Of a stretch of DNA of 64,000 nucleotides, positions 1-10,538 are shown one piece after another. The notes beneath the pieces are model-generated. The model was not told the DNA's origin, ran no database searches, and worked only from the letters and a program-made list of their open reading frames with translations. The stretch is from a virus (taxonomy: Duplodnaviria > Caudoviricetes). Numbering within the stretch: position 1 is the stretch's first letter; each line of letters opens with the position of its first letter. The translations under genes and the position numbers were made by a program. The stretch spans positions 1-64,000 of the IMG/VR virus record IMGVR_UViG_3300036868_000046. One strand, written 5' to 3'.

Positions 1-1
1 G

Positions 2-376
2 CCGAAGTTCGCCATCTGGCTCCTCGTCGATGACACGTGGGGTGTCGTCCGGTTCGCGGAGGGCCGCGCCGACGTGCGCGCGGCCATCGAGCGCGTCGCC
101 GAGCTGTATCGCATCGGCGGAACGCCAAAGCAGTTTCGCGCCGCCTACGCCGCCGCCCGCGCCGCCGCCGACGACGCCTACGCCGCCGGCTGGGCCGCCT
201 ACGCCGCCGCCCGCGCCGCCGCCGCCGCCGGCTGGGCCGCCGACGCCGCCGACGCCAGGGCCAGGGCCATCGACGACGCCGCCGCCGCCGCCACTGACGC
301 TGGTCACACCGGCTGGGTGGTCGCGGCGCGCGACAAGCTCCTCGAGCTGCTCGCTGCGGCGCCGGTGGTGCCGTGA
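2..376 (+). CDS. 5'-truncated Ala-rich repeat protein (KFAIWLLVDD...RDKLLELL family)
   Basis: Open frame from base 2 into track ORF 74-376; AAAYAAAR-type repeats; first 144 bp duplicated at 46817-46960. Confidence 0.7.
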   Translation, partial: PKFAIWLLVDDTWGVVRFAEGRADVRAAIERVAELYRIGGTPKQFRAAYAAARAAADDAYAAGWAAYAAARAAAAAGWAADAADARARAIDDAAAAATDAGHTGWVVAARDKLLELLAAAPVVP

Positions 377-1146
377 GGGTCGTCATCCTGTCCCAGGGGC
401 AGCAGAGCCGGCTCGGTGATCCCAAGCTCGTGGGGTACAAGCAGCTCCTTCCTCTGCAAGCGTGCGCCGGCGCGCCGATTCTCCTCCGCACGTACCGCCA
501 GCTCATGGCGCGGCCCGATAGCTTCGACGTCGTCCTCGTGGCGTGGCCGGAGATCTTGGCAGGGCTTGCCGGTTCGCCGATGCAGCGCGATCCGTTCATC
601 GAGTACCGGAACCACCTGGTGACGCTCGCGGTCCCGGGGAACTCCTCGCTCCGCGGGATCCACCGCTACCTGCACTCTTCCATTGGGTCACGCGACCGTG
701 AGGACACGATCGTGCTCCTGGGAGATGTGGTGTACTCCTGGGCGTGCCTGGATGCGCTGTTCGCGATGGCCAAGGTGGGAGGCTTCGTGGGGACCTCTGA
801 TCTATCCGGAGATGCCGGAGAGTTGTGGGGGGTCGCCTGGCCCGGCCGGCTGTCTCAGTACATGTTCCGCGAGCTCGAGGATGCTCTCCTCTTCCACCCA
901 CCCTTCGATGAGTACCAGTGCGGCCAGATGCGCCGCTGGGTGTCCGGGTTCAGGACCGGGAGCCTGGTGGGCGAGGTGGCGCGGCGCCGCCGCGATGGCA
1001 GCTACCTCGACATCGACGACTATACCCGCGACATCGACACCCGGGCGCAGTTGGCGCTCCTTCCCGAGCTGTCGACCCGCGCCGCCGCCGATGACGAGGC
1101 CCATGGCCTCCTCTGGAGGCACCCTGGATCCCAGGAGGTCGACTGA
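373..1146 (+). CDS. Nucleotidyltransferase-like protein (MobA/NTP-transferase fold)
   Basis: N-terminal VILSQGQQSRLG...KQLLPL...ILLRT and a later VLLGDVVY motif match the sugar-nucleotidyltransferase pattern. Confidence 0.65.
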   Translation: MRVVILSQGQQSRLGDPKLVGYKQLLPLQACAGAPILLRTYRQLMARPDSFDVVLVAWPEILAGLAGSPMQRDPFIEYRNHLVTLAVPGNSSLRGIHRYLHSSIGSRDREDTIVLLGDVVYSWACLDALFAMAKVGGFVGTSDLSGDAGELWGVAWPGRLSQYMFRELEDALLFHPPFDEYQCGQMRRWVSGFRTGSLVGEVARRRRDGSYLDIDDYTRDIDTRAQLALLPELSTRAAADDEAHGLLWRHPGSQEVD

Positions 1147-2656
1147 TGGATCTGGAAGCTCTCAAGCGTGGCCGGCGCGCCTACGTGGTGGCGATGGTCG
1201 TGACCGCCGCCTCCGCGATCACCCAGAGCCGGATCTTCATGACGGCCGGCCTCGTCGCCAATGCCATCGTCTGGTGCCTGGTCGTATGGGAGAGCCAGCG
1301 CGATATCTCTCGAGCGCGACGTGAGCGTGAACGTCCGCGCGACAACTGACCCATCCACAAGGAGATTCGAGATGTTTAGCGTGGTTGCGTTATGGCTTTC
1401 TGGCCGACGTGAGGCGGCGCGATTTCGCCGCCGAATCGTGGCGATGAACAGGTCGCTCGACCTGGCAGAGCGCATGTTGAGCGACCTGTTGCAGGAACGT
1501 GCATCATGAATCGCATCGACCGCATCCTGTGGCCCGTCCTGCGGATGGGCGAGATGATGTTCATCCTGATCCTGGTGACGTTGTTCATCGGCGAGGCGCT
1601 GATCGGCTACAAGGACACCCACGGGATGCTGAGCATCGGCGGTGCCCTGGTCATGGCGATCCTGGTGTACATCGTCGAGGAGTCCTGGACCCGGCTCCGG
1701 CTCTGCCAGGACCGCGGATCGGCGTGGCTGTGGCGGTCGCGCCGCCGGACCGCGAACATGCGGGCATCCCGTCCGGATCTCTATGAAGAGGACGGCATCC
1801 CCGGATCTCTCGAGGACTACGAGGACCACGATGTTGCAAACCCGTGACGACAAGAGCGAGGGGCAGGGGCTCCGGGTGGACACGCTGACGGTCGCGCACT
1901 ACCGCGACCTCCGGGCCATCCGCGACCGGCCGAGCTTCGCGATCTCGCCCAGCCGGCGGAATCTCTTCAAGCGCCTGGGGCTCATCGTGCCAGGCGAGCC
2001 GCCGCGCCCTCCTGGCCTCAAGCTCCGCCCGCCCAAGCCGCGCGAGCACGTACTCACCGACCAGGGCAACGCGGCGCTTGATGCGTGGCTCACCGGAGGT
2101 GGCGCGTGAGCCACGAACTGCGAGGTCTGACGCTGGCGCTCGCACCGGGTGCAGGCGTGGACCCTGAGAAGGTGTGCCGGCCCTCCAAGCGCGTCAAGGG
2201 ATGGCATCTGGTCCACCGGATGGCTTTCGGGGTGGGGTATGCCATGAGCCTCAAGGCATACATCCGCAAGATGGCGTCCTATGGACCAGACGAGCACCGC
2301 GAGATCGCCAAGCGGTGGATGAAGTCGAAGGGCATGCGCCGGTGAATGGCATCTACCACAAATTCGAGGTCAACCGCACGGATGGATCCTCCAAGCCAGG
2401 CGGCAAGCACGAGCACTGCGCATACTTCGTTCTAGACCTCGAGCACGATCCGTTCTCGATGCCTGCGCTCCTGGCCTATGCCGACGCTTGCGAGGCGGTG
2501 TTTCCGGATCTCGCATCGGATCTGCGCAGGATCGTCTGGCTCGGCCGTGCCGCGGTCGGATGCGGTTGCCGTGAGGCGAACTGTCCGCATGTCCAGGAAC
2601 GATTGGGGCCGTCTGATATCGCTCAGTCCATGATGCTCACCAGGGAGCGGCCATGA
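1146..2656 (+). CDS. Run of small coupled hypothetical ORFs (1146-1349 TM, 1506-1847 TM, 1834-2109, 2106-2345, 2342-2656)
   Basis: ATGA/GTGA overlaps and GC-rich third positions. 2342-2656 has the FVLDL..DP...AL.AYA motif of a common phage hypothetical family. Confidence 0.55.
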
Positions 2657-3312
2657 TCTCAGGCCCGGTCCCGGTGAGCACCCGGGTCCCCACGCTCAAG
2701 GAGTCCCAGGGGTACGATCCCGGGGCGCGCGCGCTGTTCTCGGAGTGCGAGCGCTACCGCTACCAGCTGGAGCGCTTCATCGGTCCGCCCTTCGTGCCGA
2801 GCCCCCGGCGGTTCGTGGCGTGCGGGCTCAACCCGAGCGTGGCTGACGCTTTCAAGCTCGACCCGACATGTCGTCGCGAGATCGACTTCGCGAGGTCCGC
2901 CGGCTGCGGGCTGTACGTCAAGGTGAACGCCTACGCGTGGCGGGCGACGGTGCCGCGCGAGATGTTCTCGGCGCGAGAGCGCGGCCACCACATCGATGGT
3001 GAGCGGCTGTCCAACCGGGCGGTGGACCTCGGCAACACGAACGACGCGGTGGTTCGCTCCGCCCTGACCATGCTCAGGCGCGACGGCGGGGTCGCGGTGG
3101 CTTGCTGGGGTGAGAAGGCCGAGCCTGACCGGGTACAGCGACTCGTCGCCATCGCCCGTGAGGTGGGGGTCGAGTGGCAATGCTTCGGCGTCAACAAGGA
3201 CGGCTCGCCCAAGCACCCCCTCTACCTGCCGCGCGACACCCAGCTCACGCCGTGGTCGGAGGCAGACCAGATGCGGAACCAATCGAAGCACACCAGGAGG
3301 CGAAAGCGATGA
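2653..3312 (+). CDS. DUF1643 family protein
   Basis: Motifs YRYQLER, GLNPSVAD...DPT, VNAYAWRAT, ACWG and PKHPLYLP. Confidence 0.85.
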   Translation: MISGPVPVSTRVPTLKESQGYDPGARALFSECERYRYQLERFIGPPFVPSPRRFVACGLNPSVADAFKLDPTCRREIDFARSAGCGLYVKVNAYAWRATVPREMFSARERGHHIDGERLSNRAVDLGNTNDAVVRSALTMLRRDGGVAVACWGEKAEPDRVQRLVAIAREVGVEWQCFGVNKDGSPKHPLYLPRDTQLTPWSEADQMRNQSKHTRRRKR

Positions 3313-4082
3313 CCGCAGATGAAGCGGTGACGGACTCCCAAGGAATCGATGACCAACACCCACGACAGGACCGGGGCGCAGAGCTCCGGGGAGAAGTCGC
3401 GATGAACCATCTACCCGACGCCAACGACAGCATCGAGCAGATCGAGCTCGCACAGCTCAATGCGGCTCCCTGGATGCTCGAGTACCTGAAGCTCAATCCC
3501 AGCTACACCGAATGGGGCCCGGGCATGGACTACATGGCCACCGGCAACGATTCTGGCTGGTATGCGTCCATCACCCTCGAGAACTGGTCGAAGTTCAACT
3601 GGGAGCTCGACGACCTCAACGAGTGCGTGCACTTCTACTTCTCGGTCGTCCGCGCCGAGCAGGCGTGCAGTGCCTGCGCGCATTCTGGCCAAGGCGAGGT
3701 GTTCACCGAGCCTGCCGCGCACCTCGAGCTGACGCTCTGGATCCTGCACCCAAGGAAGGGTGCGGCTCGCGGCGTTCAGATCCAGCGCCTGACCGAGAGC
3801 GATGCGCGCGCCGCGATCGCGTGGCTCAAGCACGCCGCGGCGCGCAACGCCGAGCGGTTCAGCAAGGTGACCGCGCTGTGACCGCTGTGATCGATCAGGG
3901 TCAACCCCGTCACGCTGAAGCGCTGCGGAGCCGCGTCAGCCTGCACGTCGGCTTCACGGATCCCCTCGGCACCCGCTGTATCTGCCGCGCGACACCCAGC
4001 TCACGCCGTGGTCGGAGGCAGACCAGATGCGGAACCAGTCGAAGCACACCAGGAGGCGAAAGCGATGACCGTAGATGAAGCG
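3226..4082 (+). repeat. 101-bp direct repeat, 3226-3326 and 3982-4082 (2 mismatches)
   Basis: Contains the DUF1643 3' end, an RBS (AGGAGG) and ATGACCG; direct sequence comparison. Confidence 0.9.
3402..3881 (+). CDS. Hypothetical protein with a CxxC motif
   Basis: Start chosen after GGAGAAG; CSAC motif. Confidence 0.6.
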   Translation: MNHLPDANDSIEQIELAQLNAAPWMLEYLKLNPSYTEWGPGMDYMATGNDSGWYASITLENWSKFNWELDDLNECVHFYFSVVRAEQACSACAHSGQGEVFTEPAAHLELTLWILHPRKGAARGVQIQRLTESDARAAIAWLKHAAARNAERFSKVTAL

Positions 4083-4412
4083 ACCATTCACGAGGCCTTC
4101 GATCGCATGATCGCGGGCCGCGTCGCACTTCTTGAGCATGTCGGGTTTGGCAACAAGTGGATGAACTTTCGTATCGACGATGCGCGGAGGAGGTTCTGGA
4201 TACTGGGCCCGTCCGGCGTGACGTATTCGATGCCCGGTGACAGCGTGCTGCGGCAGGTGGTCGCACTGGTCAGCTACGGCTCGGTCGATTTTCAATCGGT
4301 CTATCGTGGATCCGTCCTGTCCATGGTGCTGACCAACGATGGTAGTGGCATGGCGGCGATGATATTTGAGACCGCCAAGGAGGTCGTGGACAGGGGCTGG
4401 GCGGCGCCGTGA
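4065..4412 (+). CDS. Hypothetical protein
   Basis: AGGAGG RBS inside the duplicated segment; open frame. Confidence 0.6.
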   Translation: MTVDEATIHEAFDRMIAGRVALLEHVGFGNKWMNFRIDDARRRFWILGPSGVTYSMPGDSVLRQVVALVSYGSVDFQSVYRGSVLSMVLTNDGSGMAAMIFETAKEVVDRGWAAP

Positions 4413-4876
4413 CGGACTCCCAGAAATTGGCCGCGGTCTACAAGTTCGAGTTCCTCGCCGCGCCAAAGGCCAGGAGCTCTACTGCGATGAATACGATCAG
4501 CGCATGGATCGGATGTGGAAAGTCTGGCTGAAGATCGACGCTCCAGAGAGGGCCGAGGTTGAGAAATGGGTCCTGGAACTTCCGGCGGAGATCGTGAACC
4601 GATGAAGCGCGATGCGCGTTGTACGTGCCGCGGAATGATCTGCGGACCATCCCGGCGGTTCACCTGCATCAGCTGTTGGCGGTCGGTGCCCTGGTGTTTC
4701 GGAGCCGCGGACGCCCATCCGAACCTCTGCGATGACTGCACCATGGGACGGCAGCGAGTTGCGCAGACGGCCGACCAGACGTGGACGTGGTTCGTCCGGC
4801 TGTGGAGCGAGCTCGGCTGGGCGATGGTTCCGCCGTGTACGTGCGGCGGCTGCTTTCGCTGCTACCTGGGGATCCG

Positions 4877-5482
4877 ATGAGCAGTTGCCCATACGGAAAC
4901 GTTGGCGATCTCCTGTGGGTCAGGGAGACGTGGCAGGCATGGACTGGCGGTGGCGGCGAGTACGATGACGACTGCGAGCCGGTCACCTGGGCCCGTCGCG
5001 GGAAGATGTCATGGGCGGAGTGGATCAACGACTATGGATATCCGACCATCGAGTACCGGGCCACCAGCAAGAGCACGGGGCCATGGACGCCGGCGATCCA
5101 CATGCCGCGCTGGGCCAGCCGCATCACGCTCGAGATCACCGAGGTCCGCGTCCAGCGCCTGCACGACATCAGCGAGGACGACGCACGCGCCGAGGGCCTG
5201 GCACTTGAACCGCTCATTCTTGATGGTCACGCTGTCGGGTGCTTCTCTCGCCTCTGGGACGAGATCAATGGTGCGCGCGCGGCCTGGGATAGCAACCCCT
5301 CGGTGTGGGCGGTCTCGTTCCTGAGGGTGCCCATCGTGGCGCAGGATGGAGCGCGTAACCTCGCCGAGATGCCGCGCCCGAATGCGCGGGGCATCCTGTT
5401 CAAAAGCGAGATGGTCCGCGCCATCCTCGCTGGCACGAAGACGCAAACACGCCGGCTGGTCCGGCAAGACAAGGCACCATGA
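4877..5482 (+). CDS. ASCH/PUA-like phage protein, circularly permuted
   Basis: CPYG..GD.LWVRETW, W.P.IHMPRWASRITLEITEVRVQRL.DISE.DA.AEG and NP.VW motifs. The ILF..EMVRAIL.G.KTQTRR motif is at the C-terminus. Confidence 0.8.
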   Translation: MSSCPYGNVGDLLWVRETWQAWTGGGGEYDDDCEPVTWARRGKMSWAEWINDYGYPTIEYRATSKSTGPWTPAIHMPRWASRITLEITEVRVQRLHDISEDDARAEGLALEPLILDGHAVGCFSRLWDEINGARAAWDSNPSVWAVSFLRVPIVAQDGARNLAEMPRPNARGILFKSEMVRAILAGTKTQTRRLVRQDKAP

Positions 5483-6642
5483 GGAAGAGAGACGAGCTGG
5501 AACTCGAGCACACGTGCATGCAGCACGCCCATCCCATGGAGATGGTGTTCGTGCTCTTGAGCCGTGATCCCGCGGCCCCGGTCGCCATCCGCGCGTGGGT
5601 GGCCGAGCGCCTGAGGATCGGCAAGAACGTGCCGAGCGACGCCAAGATCGTGGAGGCGCTATCGTGCGCGGCCACCATGGAGACGGAGGGGCGCTACTGG
5701 GTGGAGCTCGAGGCCACACCCGGGCGCAAGCCATGACCATGAAACCTTCACCATCAGAGGTCGACGTTCTGGTCGAAGCGCAGTTGGGGCGCAACCCGAA
5801 GAAGTTCTACGAGATCGAGGGGGCGCTCATCAGCCGCGAGCGCCCGGCTCTCGGTGGGAGCCGACGCGGCGATGGTATCGATTCCAGCGCCGTCGAGAGC
5901 TCTCTGCAGAGACTCAAGCGGGCCGGGCACGCGGTCTACCTGCGCGGCAAAGGGTGGGTGATGTCGACCGATGCCGAACGGAGGCGACGCCGATGAGGAC
6001 CGCGATCGAGGACTTGCGCGCGATGGCCGACCAGATCATGAAGTATGTAGCCGATCGCGGTGCGCAGTGGGAGCAACCCGGGACACCGGAACGTCTGCTC
6101 ATCGACGCCGCGAGTCTGATGACCGGGGTGGCGAACGGCCTGGAGCACGTCGGCGTCGACCTGGGGCGCGGGGAGGGCAGGCGATGAGCATGCTTATCCG
6201 GTTGACGCCCAATGCGTGAACGCATCCGCGACATCAAAGGATCCGAAGGTCGATCCGAGGTCAAGAACCCTACAGGCGGCCCTCTCACCGCGTGTGTCGC
6301 GTGTGGGCGAGTTCTGCGTGCCAGCAAGAACGGGCATCCGCGTAAGCATTCACCCGTCATTCGCGGGCGACGCACGGACTACGGGCAAGGTGTTTGCGAT
6401 GGAACGTTCATGCCCGGAGAGCCACCGTGATGGGCGTCAACCGTCGCGCGCTCCGGATCCTTGGCCGTGGCGCGATGACTGCTGGTGAGTTCGGCGACGA
6501 GATGTGGCCGGAGAGGACCGGAAAAATCACATCCAGCGGCGGCGGTGGCGACTATGCGGCGCAGATGCTCCTCGGCCGGCTACGCGCTCATGGGCTCGTC
6601 AGGACGCTCGTCGGCTACCGGGACCACGGAGGTGAGGGGTGA
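5479..6642 (+). CDS. Small coupled hypothetical ORFs (5479-5736, 5733-5996, 5993-6187, 6212-6430, 6430-6642)
   Basis: Overlapping start/stop codons. 5479-5736 has FVLLSRDPAAP.AIRAW; 6212-6430 has CxxC...H...C. Confidence 0.5.
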
Positions 6643-7157
6643 TGGGGCGCCCGGCGGCTGCGCATCGAGTCCCGGGGATGACCGCCTCGATCGCCTACCT
6701 CGCGCGACTGTGCCGCCGCTGGAGCGGCGAGCTGCTGCTCCTGCCGACGGACGAGTACGAGAGCGTCTCGCGCTCCGGATGTTGGACGACGCATCCGGAC
6801 GGCCATCACGCGATCCATGTCAGCGATCGTCTGATTGCCGCCGATCGACGCCACGTCAACCCGGGCACGGTGATCCACGAGATGGGGCACGTCTTCCTTG
6901 AGGAGGGCCGTCCATCGACGACGTATGAGCCGGACTGGATCGGCTGGGAGATCGCGCTGGCCCGTCGCGCGCGGTGCTACCGCACGTGGTCGGCGCAGAA
7001 CGCGCGCTACCTCCTCACCGTGGGGGACCTCGAGCACGTCTGGGCCGAGCTCGCTGGCGAGCGCCTGCGCCGGCTCATCGCCGAGCGCATCTCGCTCGCC
7101 CAGGCGCTCGGGATCGTGAGCCAGGACGGTGAGCCACTGTGCACGAGGGAGCCATGA
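6639..7157 (+). CDS. HExxH metallopeptidase-like protein
   Basis: VIHEMGHVF motif with a downstream Glu. Confidence 0.5.
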   Translation: MMGRPAAAHRVPGMTASIAYLARLCRRWSGELLLLPTDEYESVSRSGCWTTHPDGHHAIHVSDRLIAADRRHVNPGTVIHEMGHVFLEEGRPSTTYEPDWIGWEIALARRARCYRTWSAQNARYLLTVGDLEHVWAELAGERLRRLIAERISLAQALGIVSQDGEPLCTREP

Positions 7158-7180
7158 CCCTGTTCGCGAAGGCGAGAACC

Positions 7181-7208
7181 GTGGTACTAAATATTAATTT
7201 AGTACCAC
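7181..7208. promoter_or_regulatory. 28-bp AT-rich palindrome GTGGTACTAAA-TATTAA-TTTAGTACCAC
   Basis: Perfect arms (12 bp around ATTA, or 11-6-11) in very GC-rich DNA, just upstream of the GGAGG RBS of ORF 7222. Confidence 0.75.
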
Positions 7209-7221
7209 AACTGGAGGACAC

Positions 7222-7863
7222 ATGAGTGATTACAGGTACTTGGGATCGTGCTCTGGCCTCATCAACTCGGCCGCGTGGCTGGACAAACCGTATGGCGACG
7301 CGCCGCGCGAGGACGCGCCAGCCACGGCGGCGCTCACCGCAGCGCTCCGGGCTGGCGTCGACCCCACGGACGTCTGGCCGCGCTGGTGCGCCTGGGTGCT
7401 CGGCGAGCAAGGCCCCGCCGCCGAGGGCGAGGTGGTGGATCTCTTCCGACGGTGGGTCGAGGGCGTTCTTCCGTCTCAGACGGAGATCATGGCCGTCTAC
7501 ATCCGCCTCCTGCACCGCTACCTGGACGGGATGGGGGTGCTCGGCGAGCAAGGCCCCGCCGCCGTGGGCGAGGTGGTGGATCTCTTCCGACGGTGGGTCG
7601 AGGGCGTTCTTCCGTCTCAGACGGAGATCATGGCCGTCTACATCCGCCTCCTGCACCGCTACCTGGACGGGATGGATGCACGCCAGCTGGCCCGAGCGCA
7701 GCTGGCACCACTGAACGTGATGACGAGCCCGAGGCCGGAGTTCCGGATCAGTTTTTGGCTCTGGGACACCTCGCGCGGGGATGTCGTCTGGCGCCGGCGC
7801 GCGGCCGAAGCGTTCACGTCCATCGTCCGCAACGCCATGGAGGAGCGCCATGCGAGCAGGTAG
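7222..7863 (+). CDS. Hypothetical protein with an internal 47-aa tandem duplication
   Basis: 7394-7534 and 7535-7675 are 141-bp copies differing at one base. Confidence 0.75.
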   Translation: MSDYRYLGSCSGLINSAAWLDKPYGDAPREDAPATAALTAALRAGVDPTDVWPRWCAWVLGEQGPAAEGEVVDLFRRWVEGVLPSQTEIMAVYIRLLHRYLDGMGVLGEQGPAAVGEVVDLFRRWVEGVLPSQTEIMAVYIRLLHRYLDGMDARQLARAQLAPLNVMTSPRPEFRISFWLWDTSRGDVVWRRRAAEAFTSIVRNAMEERHASR

Positions 7864-8227
7864 CCGCGTCACGTGTCTGAGCGCGTGCCTGGCGCTCCTC
7901 GCCGCGTGCGGCTACGAGGCCGTAGGCAATGAGCTCGAGGGCCAGGTCAAGAAGGTCATCCGGCACACGCCGGTCTTCTGCGGCGACTACACGGAGACCA
8001 GCGTCTCGCTCGGCGTCTTGCGCAACGGCGTTGGCTCCGTTTCCAAGGAGGACGTGGAGCTCTACGTGGCCGACCCCAAGGCGATCTCCGTGCTGCAGGA
8101 GGCCGCGCGCACCGGCGCCCTCGTCACGATCGGCTACGACGTCCGCCGGCTCACGTGGTGCCTGCCCGACCACTGGCTCACGAGCGTTCGCGTCGAGGAG
8201 CCCCCGGCGGAACGGCGGACACCGTGA
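7850..8227 (+). CDS. Putative lipoprotein
   Basis: Signal peptide with lipobox LLAAC. Confidence 0.6.
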   Translation: MRAGSRVTCLSACLALLAACGYEAVGNELEGQVKKVIRHTPVFCGDYTETSVSLGVLRNGVGSVSKEDVELYVADPKAISVLQEAARTGALVTIGYDVRRLTWCLPDHWLTSVRVEEPPAERRTP

Positions 8228-10471
8228 TAACCCCGAAGCAAGTCGCCGATGCTGCGGCCGGGAACCCGCTGCTGCAGGTCTTAGAGATGAAGATCGACGC
8301 GGCGCTCAGGCAAGCAGCGGACGAGAACTACTGGCCGTGCACGGTCGACCTTCGCGGTTTCGATAACGTCGCCGAGCAAGTCGCGATGAAGTACCGCGCG
8401 GCCGGTTGGCACGTCAACATCTTCCACTACCGCCGTGGCGGGTACTTCTTGGAGCTGGCGGCCCGCCACGACCGCATCCCTGACCGAAAAGGAGATGGTC
8501 ATGCATGACTTCAAGTTCCTGCGCACCGCCCAAGGGGAGGCGAGCCATGCTGCATGGTGATCCGAACCTCAAGGACGGTGACCACGTCCGCTGGGTGAGC
8601 GGCATATGTCCAGCCAACACCGTTGTTGGCTGGCTGCGCGGCGACGAGATCATCGTCGAGTACGACACGTTCGCTTCACCTCATTTATTAAGGGGTAAGG
8701 CTTTCACGCTGCCCACGACGGGCAGGCTGGACCACCACCCCATCGCCAAGCTCTGCCACCGCATCGCGGCGGGGGGCGCGTACGACGGGCTGACGGCCGA
8801 GCAGTGCTTCGTGGCCTTCCAGGCGGCGCAGCAGGGTGCGTATGGGTTCGAGGGACGGCCCATGCCCGAGGATGGCCCGCGACCGGCGTCCCTCACCCCT
8901 GCGCAGCTCGCCGTCGCACGTGAGCTGTGGAGCGCGAAGCTGCGCGCCAAGATCGCAGCGGCGCGGGCATCCGAGCCGCGCGTGCTCGTCGATCTCGACC
9001 TGGATGGCCTATGACCAACAAGGAAGGTGGAGCGCCTATGAGCTGCTGCTGGGACGTCTGGTGTGTCGACTGTGCCACGAGGCTCGGAGTCAACGATGCG
9101 AACCACCGCGTCGTCGAGATGCGCATGCTCGTGAAGCATGCGAAGACGATCGAGATGCTCGGAGCCATCCAGGGCGAGATGCTCGAGAAGACGTTGAGCT
9201 ATGCGCCATTGTATGTCGAGCTCAATGGCATCACCATCGAGCCGATCTGGTTCCGTGTTCACGCCGGGCATCACCTCGTGCCGATCAACGAATACGGCGA
9301 GCTCGACAAGGGCGAGGAGAGCGGTCGGGCCGAGGACGATGAGCCATTCTGAAAAAGCGACCGTGAGACCTGGGTAAGGACATCCGCTACCACGCCTCCG
9401 TCCTGTATGGTCCACGGGAACAGCAGGAGGGATGACATTTGACCCGGTTCACGATCGAGCAGTACGACAAGGCGATCCAGCATCTGCAGGACGCCAGGAC
9501 CCAGCTCGCGCCCGACGGACACGGCTGTCACTGCTGCGGGGGCAGCGGTCACCAGGCGTTCGAGTGCGGCCACAACCCGCTCGTCGCCATGCAGATGTGC
9601 GAGATGATCACCAAGCGGGCCGTGGAGCTCCACGAGGCGCTCCACGACACCACAACAGGGATCTGTGACCTGTTCAAGCTCGCGAGACACAGCGACCAGA
9701 GCATCGAGCAGCGGAACCTGACCGTCATGGCGGCAGCCGCTGACGAAGACATGCAGGAACTACTGGTCACGCTCCACGAGTTCCTGCACTCCCTGGCGGG
9801 CATGAACATGTACATGGGCATGCAGCTCGGGCCGGCTCGGGTGGTGCTGCCGTGAGCTCCAAGCTATGGAGCGACCACCAGATCGTCCTGTTGCTGACGG
9901 TCGATGGTGAGCATTTCCGCCTCTTCATCTTCGCCCCAGACGACGAGAAGTCAGGTCCGTCCGTCGCAGTCCACCGGAAGGGGCGTGATGCGATCGGTGA
10001 CCCGTGCTGGAATGCGGTCTCTAACCAAAGGGCGCTGTCCCTGTCGCTGGTTGCGCTGGCGCGATTCGCCTTCGTGGCGTGCGTCGGAGCTCCGCATCAT
10101 CGGTGCGAGATCAAGCGCTCAGAGACCGGGCTGACGTACTACGAGCTCGACCTCGGCAACTTCTCTACCAAGGATGACATGCACGGTCATCTCCATGGCG
10201 AATGACCGTGGGTAGGAAACTTCGACCGCTTGCCGAGTGCTACGACCTGATCGAAGTCCGTGCGATTCGACTCGTCCGCTTGCACGTCGCCGGTCGTGAG
10301 CCGATGTCGAGCGCCGCCGCGAGGCGGAACCGCGAGCAACGTGACAAGGCGTTCGATCGCCTGGTCGCGGCAGTCGAGGAGCGCGACCGCGCTGCGATGG
10401 CCCATGAGGAACGGTGCGTGTTCCGGTCCAAGGCTGCGGCCACGCGTCGTCGGAACGGCGGCTCAAAGTAG
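8224..10471 (+). CDS. Small hypothetical ORFs (8224-8508, 8547-9014, 9011-9352, 9439-9855, 9852-10205, 10202-10471)
   Basis: Coupled ORFs with RBS-like motifs. 9439-9855 carries a CHCCGGSGHQAFEC zinc-knuckle-like motif. Confidence 0.55.
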
Positions 10472-10538
10472 CTCAGAGGAGTCTGAGACCTCCGGTCTTC
10501 GCAAGGCGGCGATCGGATACCGAGAAAGGAGATGTTTC

